This document shows, one piece after another, positions 58,604 through 64,000 of a DNA stretch of 64,000 nt. A program made the translations under genes and the position numbers. Below the pieces are notes generated by a model. It did no database searches. It worked only from the letters and a program-made list of their open reading frames with translations, and was not told the DNA's origin. Position 1 is the first letter of the stretch; the number at the start of each line of letters is the position of its first letter. The DNA is from an uncultured Burkholderiales bacterium (GTDB lineage: Bacteria > Actinomycetota > Acidimicrobiia > IMCC26256 > JAGPDB01), in assembly GCA_964391505.1 (NCBI GenBank), contig CAYMMG010000004.1:2920-66919 (forward strand). The letters run 5' to 3'.

Positions 58604-60106
58604 CTATTCCAGGTGGCGCAGGGCAGAACGAAGTGATTTTCGAAGAGGCCGTGCGCTCGCTCTCACATTTGCATCGTCAATAAATTCAAAGCGCGTAGGA
58701 ATCTTGTATTTCGCGAGTAGCGGCATACAGAATTCTCGCAATTCCTTTTCAATCCGGCGGCGAACATGGGGATCGGTTACATCATTAAGATCGGAAGCTG
58801 CATCGATGTAAGCAACAACAGATTCACCACTTTTTTCATCGAGTGCACCGACCACCGAAGCTTGATCGACAAGCTCGGACTCTAACAAAACGCTTTCCAC
58901 TTCGGAAGGATAGACGCTAAAGCCAAACACCACGATGACATCGTTACTTCGGTCGATAAGCGTAATAGAACCATCATCATTACGGACACCGATGTCACCT
59001 GTGAATAACCACCCACTCTGATCCAAAACTCGCGTGGTTGCGTCACGTTCTCCGAAATATCCTGCAAAGACATTGTCTCCACGCACAACAATCTGCCCGA
59101 CATCGCCCACAAGTGCAACGGAACCCGAACTGTCGCGGATATCGACCTCGACTCCATCTAAGGGGGTTCCTATATCTCCTTCACGCAATGCATTAGGTGT
59201 GAAACTCACCATTGGGCTGGCCTCGGTTAATCCGTAACCTTCTGCAACATGCGCACCAAAGCGTTCATAAAACTTTGCACGAACCTCACTTCGCATGGGT
59301 GCACCGCCACTGACAAATAAACGAACTCCTCCCAAGGTATCAATGGTTACTGATTCACTAGTAACAAAAGCATCGAACAAAAGAGGAACGCCAGGAACAA
59401 TTGTAACGCGATGATATCCGATCAGATCTGCAAGTTCAGCCGGATCGAACGTCCGTGAAATGACCAATGTCGCATGAGCATGAAGAGTAAGCCCTGCAAC
59501 AACATGGAGACCGAAGATGTGATACATCGGTAACACTGCCAAAACTATATCTTGATTTGTCAGATTGAGCTCGGGAACAGACTTGGCTTGTTCGAGATTC
59601 GCAGCTAAAGAACCGTGCGTTAACATTGCGGGTCGCGGTTGAAAACTTGCACCCGAAGTCATCATCATGACTGCCACGTCAGAAGCTTCCCGTTCGACGG
59701 GATCAAGCGGTTTTTTCTTTCCATACGAACGCCAGACGTCCGAGTGAAATTCGATATACGGAATCGCATCTCGATATTTTTCGGAAATCCAATCTCGTGA
59801 TGATGTGATAATCAGATGTGGTCGCACCACAGCAATATCATGAGCGCGTTCAGATTCTCCCGCATGAGGATCAAGCGGTATCACAATTCCTCCGCAACTA
59901 AGAATCGCAAAATACGCAATCAAGAATTCCACAGAGTTATGAGCGATAATTGCAACACGCGCACCCGGAACAATGTTGCCTTCATGTACAAGACCCGATG
60001 CAAGACGTAGAGAGAGATTGCGAAGTTCTTCATGTGTATAACTATCACTACCGTCAATGATGGCAAGGTTGCGAGATGTGTTGAGAAGTAGGTTGACCAG
60101 ATTCAT
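58604..60106 (-). CDS. AMP-binding acyl-CoA synthetase family protein (divergent motifs)
   Basis: MTSGASFQPR, LPMYHIFGL, EGYGLTEASP, WLFTGDIG, VYPSEVE. Confidence 0.85.
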   Translation of the reverse strand: MNLVNLLLNTSRNLAIIDGSDSYTHEELRNLSLRLASGLVHEGNIVPGARVAIIAHNSVEFLIAYFAILSCGGIVIPLDPHAGESERAHDIAVVRPHLIITSSRDWISEKYRDAIPYIEFHSDVWRSYGKKKPLDPVEREASDVAVMMMTSGASFQPRPAMLTHGSLAANLEQAKSVPELNLTNQDIVLAVLPMYHIFGLHVVAGLTLHAHATLVISRTFDPAELADLIGYHRVTIVPGVPLLFDAFVTSESVTIDTLGGVRLFVSGGAPMRSEVRAKFYERFGAHVAEGYGLTEASPMVSFTPNALREGDIGTPLDGVEVDIRDSSGSVALVGDVGQIVVRGDNVFAGYFGERDATTRVLDQSGWLFTGDIGVRNDDGSITLIDRSNDVIVVFGFSVYPSEVESVLLESELVDQASVVGALDEKSGESVVAYIDAASDLNDVTDPHVRRRIEKELREFCMPLLAKYKIPTRFEFIDDANVRASARPLRKSLRSALRHLE

Positions 60107-60283
60107 AGAGCATGCCCAGCATAGTTTGACTCGTACAATGTGTTAACTCCCTCCTTGCGTAAGAAATTTTCCCATGCGCAATATTCGTGAAAAATTCGAA
60201 ACTCTTGGAAATTACTCTGTTCTCACAAGGAGCAATAGGGACATATCCTCAAGCTCCCGCTTAAACAGGTCGACAAATTCTCT

Positions 60284-60979
60284 ATGACTCGGACGTCGCA
60301 CTCCTTCAAGCACCTCTTTATCCTGACATGTTTGGCAACTTTGCTTCTCAGCGTTTCTTTAACCAATACCGCGCATGGGTCCTCAGTTCACGCATCAAAT
60401 GTTGTTGGACATAAAACAGGAGTAGTAGATTCTGCGGCAGAACAAGACTTTCTCAATCGAACAAACGCATTACGAGCATCGCTTGGTCTTGATTCACTTC
60501 GTCTCAACAGTGAGCTGCTTGCCAAGGCGAGAGGCTGGAGCGAAACACAGGCTCAGTCTGGATCCATTTTTCACTCCACTCTCTCCAATGGAGTAACACA
60601 AAATTGGCACAGACTCGGAGAAAATGTTGGAATGGGACCCCAAGTAGGTCTCATCCATGATGCCCTCGTTGCTTCACCCCGCCACTATGAAAACTTGATA
60701 GACCCAGGGTTTACAGAAGTGGGTATCGGTGTTATTCAGAAGGGCGATGTCCTCTATGTCACTGAAGTCTTCATGGAATTCATGCCCTCACATCCACAAT
60801 CCACAACAGTGCCTTCGCAAACGAATGCTTCACAAAAGAGTACGTCAACCAAAAACGTTGCTGCAGTGCCTGTAGCGACATCAACAAAACCTGCACCTGC
60901 ACCTGAAGCTGTGCCTCTCGAAACAGCCTCTGCAGATCTTTCAGCAACCGTGAGAAAGCTCAGCAGCCTCGAACACTAA
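60284..60979 (+). CDS. Secreted CAP/SCP domain protein
   Basis: Signal peptide, NALRASLGL, IFHS, GENVG, SPRHYENL, VGIGV. Confidence 0.88.
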   Translation: MTRTSHSFKHLFILTCLATLLLSVSLTNTAHGSSVHASNVVGHKTGVVDSAAEQDFLNRTNALRASLGLDSLRLNSELLAKARGWSETQAQSGSIFHSTLSNGVTQNWHRLGENVGMGPQVGLIHDALVASPRHYENLIDPGFTEVGIGVIQKGDVLYVTEVFMEFMPSHPQSTTVPSQTNASQKSTSTKNVAAVPVATSTKPAPAPEAVPLETASADLSATVRKLSSLEH

Positions 60980-61110
60980 TTGACATATCATTGCCCAAGA
61001 TGAAAATAGAACTTAAGAAGTCCTGCTACAAAAATTGCAACCATGCATAGCGCAAGACAAATTGTTACCCAAGAACGCATATGGTGATCTTACTTTAGAT
61101 CTAGCCTAAA

Positions 61111-62616
61111 TCACTGTTGTGGTGGACGCGAAGAATCTGGATCATCCTCATCTTCAGATGATTGAGCTTTGAATAAATCGAATACATTTTGAGGAGCTGT
61201 TCCGTTCGAAGGATCTGGTTGTGCTTGTAATGACTCAACCTGCTTATCGTAAGTTGGAGCAACGTCAGGGGTGACAACTGTTGGTTCGTCATTAACCGGC
61301 GGAGGGAAATACGACGCAGGAGATTCCACTAAGGGAGCTGCTGCCCCCCATCCACCTTGCGATGGCGGTTGACTGTCTTGCGTATCCGTGGGAGCAAGAT
61401 AGTTTGTTTGATCTGGAGTAGGCACAGGAATATCAGTCGCGAAAGGATCACTTCCAAAAGAACCAGGAAGTGGTGCGAATGATGGATCTGACACAGATGA
61501 CGGGTGCGTCACAGGAGAATCCTGTTCAGGCTGAGATGTAGTGACAGGCTCACGCGAAAAAGGGTCACTTCCCGGTGGAGTTTCGTGGGCTTGCACAGAA
61601 CCATAACCAGAATCAGGAGATGAGAACGCCGGAGGAACCTGTCCAGGAACATAACCTTGTGGCGGAGCACTGGATGGCTCTTGAACGAAGGGATCCCCAG
61701 GACCTCCATGTGCATCGGGCATTAAACCTTGAGGAATTCCTGCTCGCGGATCCTCTTCTGGCGGTTCGGCTTCTTCAATAACATCTCGGCCAGTAATCGT
61801 TGTCCCTTGTGCAAGGATAGCGATTGCCTTACCTTCCTTCGCATCGAGCTCACGCGCAGCGTAATCAAGATTTTTTACGACGCTGATCATCCCTGTGGAG
61901 TCAACCAGGATACCGATCTGCGAAATAGCAAGGTCTGCGTAACGCTCGACATATTTAACCATGAAATCATTATTCCCTACGCGAAGCGTCACGGTATCAC
62001 CAACGTTGACATGAGCTAATTCCAGTTCATCAGGAGTGATGTTCAGTTGCACATTTCCAAAATGATCTACCGACCACACCTCACCAAGGTATGCACCGCC
62101 TTGATCATGTCGAGAGAGTTGCAACATGCCGGGCACAAGTTGCTCCATTGGAATTTGTGGTCCCAATTCTTTGATGTCGGTTCCTGCAGCGATGACACCA
62201 GCAGCGGGTGACAAAATATCCCGCGCTGCAAAAACCGCTCCGGGCGCCTCAATCTGAAACTCAGGATTAGAGATCTCGAAGACACGTTTAGGTTCTCCAA
62301 TTAATTGCGCAGCGGGTGCCAGAATTCCATTGTCGGGCCCGATCAAAATCCCCTCGCCCACTTCAACAACAATAAATCGTTGATTGCGAGGTGAACCAGG
62401 ATCAATAGCAGCAACAATGACACCTCTTGGTAAAAATTGTATTGCGCGTGTAAGTGCGAGCGCACCAGCGCGAACGTCAAAGGGATGAATGTTATGGGTG
62501 ATGTCGAGAATGTTGACATGGGGGGCTTGCTGCAACATGATTGCTTTACACACACCCACAGATTCATCGTCTGTACCCATATCAGAAAGAAACGAGATCA
62601 CATCATATTTAGGCAT
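61111..62616 (-). CDS. DUF62/SAM hydrolase-halogenase family protein with Pro-rich C-terminal tail
   Basis: FLSDMG, DITH.I.PFDV, IDPG, GPDNGIL, DHFGNVQLN. Confidence 0.85.
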   Translation of the reverse strand: MPKYDVISFLSDMGTDDESVGVCKAIMLQQAPHVNILDITHNIHPFDVRAGALALTRAIQFLPRGVIVAAIDPGSPRNQRFIVVEVGEGILIGPDNGILAPAAQLIGEPKRVFEISNPEFQIEAPGAVFAARDILSPAAGVIAAGTDIKELGPQIPMEQLVPGMLQLSRHDQGGAYLGEVWSVDHFGNVQLNITPDELELAHVNVGDTVTLRVGNNDFMVKYVERYADLAISQIGILVDSTGMISVVKNLDYAARELDAKEGKAIAILAQGTTITGRDVIEEAEPPEEDPRAGIPQGLMPDAHGGPGDPFVQEPSSAPPQGYVPGQVPPAFSSPDSGYGSVQAHETPPGSDPFSREPVTTSQPEQDSPVTHPSSVSDPSFAPLPGSFGSDPFATDIPVPTPDQTNYLAPTDTQDSQPPSQGGWGAAAPLVESPASYFPPPVNDEPTVVTPDVAPTYDKQVESLQAQPDPSNGTAPQNVFDLFKAQSSEDEDDPDSSRPPQQ

Positions 62617-62695
62617 AAGTTCACACTACTCCGTCGGACAAGTTGTTTGCATCCCGGTTATATCGACGGGCATGTGCCGTTCTTAATGCTCGTAT

Positions 62696-63574
62696 CTAGC
62701 TTTTTGAAAAATAGGATTTCGCGTAATTCGCAACAACCCCATAATGCGTTGAGGGTTGATTCAAACTCATAGGAATTGCCGTACAGTTTTTTTCTGGAAT
62801 CGTTGCAATCGCCACAGCAAGGGAATCGAGACCGGTTAATGCAATCGTAGGTAACCCATTCGTTAAAGAAGCTCCGGCAAAAATATGATCAGCAATAACA
62901 AGATCCGGGCGCGGCAAGTGGAAAAAAAGATCGTCAGCAGCTTTCGCATCGTTAGTGGAAAGAAGTGAACCGTTGTCGCTCATCACACCCACCGAACTAA
63001 TCCAAGTAAAACAGCGGCCTTTTCGCCCATCTGCGATGAATGGCCGAGTGTTGTCATACGAGTCAAGAATCTGTGCCCCAGCACCTGAACTGAGGCGCGC
63101 AAGTTCAATGAGGAGAGGTAATGTTGACGCGGGTCGTGAACTAGCAAAAATCATTCGAGCACCTTTATATGCGGCATCAGAAATTTGATCGAAGGCTTCG
63201 TCTAGTGCGACTGCACACATTTCGGGATCAATTGTTACCGTTGCTTGTGTGGTGTCCACTCCAAACACTTCCTCCACGCCTTGTTCAATTGAACCAGCAT
63301 CAAGGGCATGGAGAAAATACTTCCCGTTAATACCCATTGTGAATTCTGGATTACGGCGAGCAAGTTGACCAATAGTGTCTCTTAAAGCTTGTGTTGAGAT
63401 TGCAGTTTTTCTCCCCGCAATACCCATTGACACGAGTTCTTCAATCAGCGTCATGGATTCGGTATCAGGGCGATCAATAATGGATCCAACTTCGCGCGTG
63501 GTACGAACAATGCGCTGATGTTTTCTTCTTACATGAACACGAGGTGGTCCGGGAACGAAGCGATGACTATCCAT
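62696..63574 (-). CDS. Conserved hypothetical protein (actinobacterial phosphatase-annotated family, tentative)
   Basis: IDP, ASSRPAS, PDLVIADH motifs; 292-aa ORF. Confidence 0.5.
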   Translation of the reverse strand: MDSHRFVPGPPRVHVRRKHQRIVRTTREVGSIIDRPDTESMTLIEELVSMGIAGRKTAISTQALRDTIGQLARRNPEFTMGINGKYFLHALDAGSIEQGVEEVFGVDTTQATVTIDPEMCAVALDEAFDQISDAAYKGARMIFASSRPASTLPLLIELARLSSGAGAQILDSYDNTRPFIADGRKGRCFTWISSVGVMSDNGSLLSTNDAKAADDLFFHLPRPDLVIADHIFAGASLTNGLPTIALTGLDSLAVAIATIPEKNCTAIPMSLNQPSTHYGVVANYAKSYFSKS

Positions 63575-63606
63575 AAAGTGAAGAATGTCTATTATAAGGC
63601 TTTTTT

Positions 63607-64000
63607 TTAATCTTTGCCAGAGTTCTTCTCGTCAAGCTCGAGTCCGCGCTCTAAGGCGGCCTGAACGCCTGCAAAAACAGCCGCTTCAAAATCGTGTGCT
63701 TTAAAAGCATCAATGGCAGCAGCCGTGGTTCCTCCAGGAGAAGTCACTCTTTCTCGCAGTGTTGCGAAAGACCCAACTTCTTTAGCCATGGTTGCTGCTC
63801 CTAAAAATGTTTGTGTAATGAGCTGATGGGCAACTTCAATATCCAGACCATGCTTTTCAGCAGCAGCCGCGATGTATTCGGCAAGAAGGAAAAAATATGC
63901 TGGGCCACTTCCCGATACAGCGGTAACCAAATCCATTAACTCTTCATCTACGCGCACAACAGTGCCGAGTGCTTCCAGGACCTCGCGAGAATCCTGTTCA
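63607..64000 (-). CDS. proC: Pyrroline-5-carboxylate reductase, C-terminal part (runs off window end)
   Basis: TAVSGSGPAY, LRERVTSPGGTT. Confidence 0.95.
   Translation of the reverse strand, partial: EQDSREVLEALGTVVRVDEELMDLVTAVSGSGPAYFFLLAEYIAAAAEKHGLDIEVAHQLITQTFLGAATMAKEVGSFATLRERVTSPGGTTAAAIDAFKAHDFEAAVFAGVQAALERGLELDEKNSGKD

Noticed and set aside
58126..58811. ORFs 58126..58314 and 58485..58811
   Set aside because: They overlap repeat/MITE DNA or the antisense strand of the ligase; no protein features
61712..61735. CAAGGTTTAATGCCCGATG (QGLMPD) resembling the nuo coding element
   Set aside because: Short match without either palindromic arm; compatible with chance

Overview
Chromosomal energy-metabolism region, probably from an Acidimicrobiia-like actinobacterium (inferred from gene content and order). 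Left to right: phoD, ccdA and a DipZ-like redoxin, two paralogous subtilases with a much-shortened catalytic domain, tRNA-Tyr(GTA), yajQ, an NDUFAF7/MidA-type methyltransferase, an 11-subunit complex I-like operon (nuoABCDHIJKLMN, no nuoEFG), four orphan genes with 2OG-Fe(II) oxygenase-like motifs, a patatin, a complete nuoA-N operon preceded by a b6f-type Rieske/cytochrome b cluster with a ferredoxin, a MenJ-like reductase, tetrapyrrole genes (sirC-like, hemC, cobA-hemD, hemB), an acyl-CoA ligase, a CAP protein, a DUF62 protein and proC. The most unusual signal is several families of short palindromic REP-like elements that have inserted into respiratory genes and are translated: one family adds a conserved peptide to NuoN, NuoJ, NuoI and NuoF, and other hairpins lie in nuoG, nuoE and nuoA. 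Also seen: a 227-bp MITE (TGT...ACA ends, 5-bp target duplication) nested inside a REP-like repeat, a ~125-bp structured element upstream of two unrelated genes, and a methyltransferase next to the only NuoD that keeps the NDUFAF7 target Arg. No transposase, integrase, CRISPR array or rRNA was recognised. All assignments are by eye; no database searches were run.
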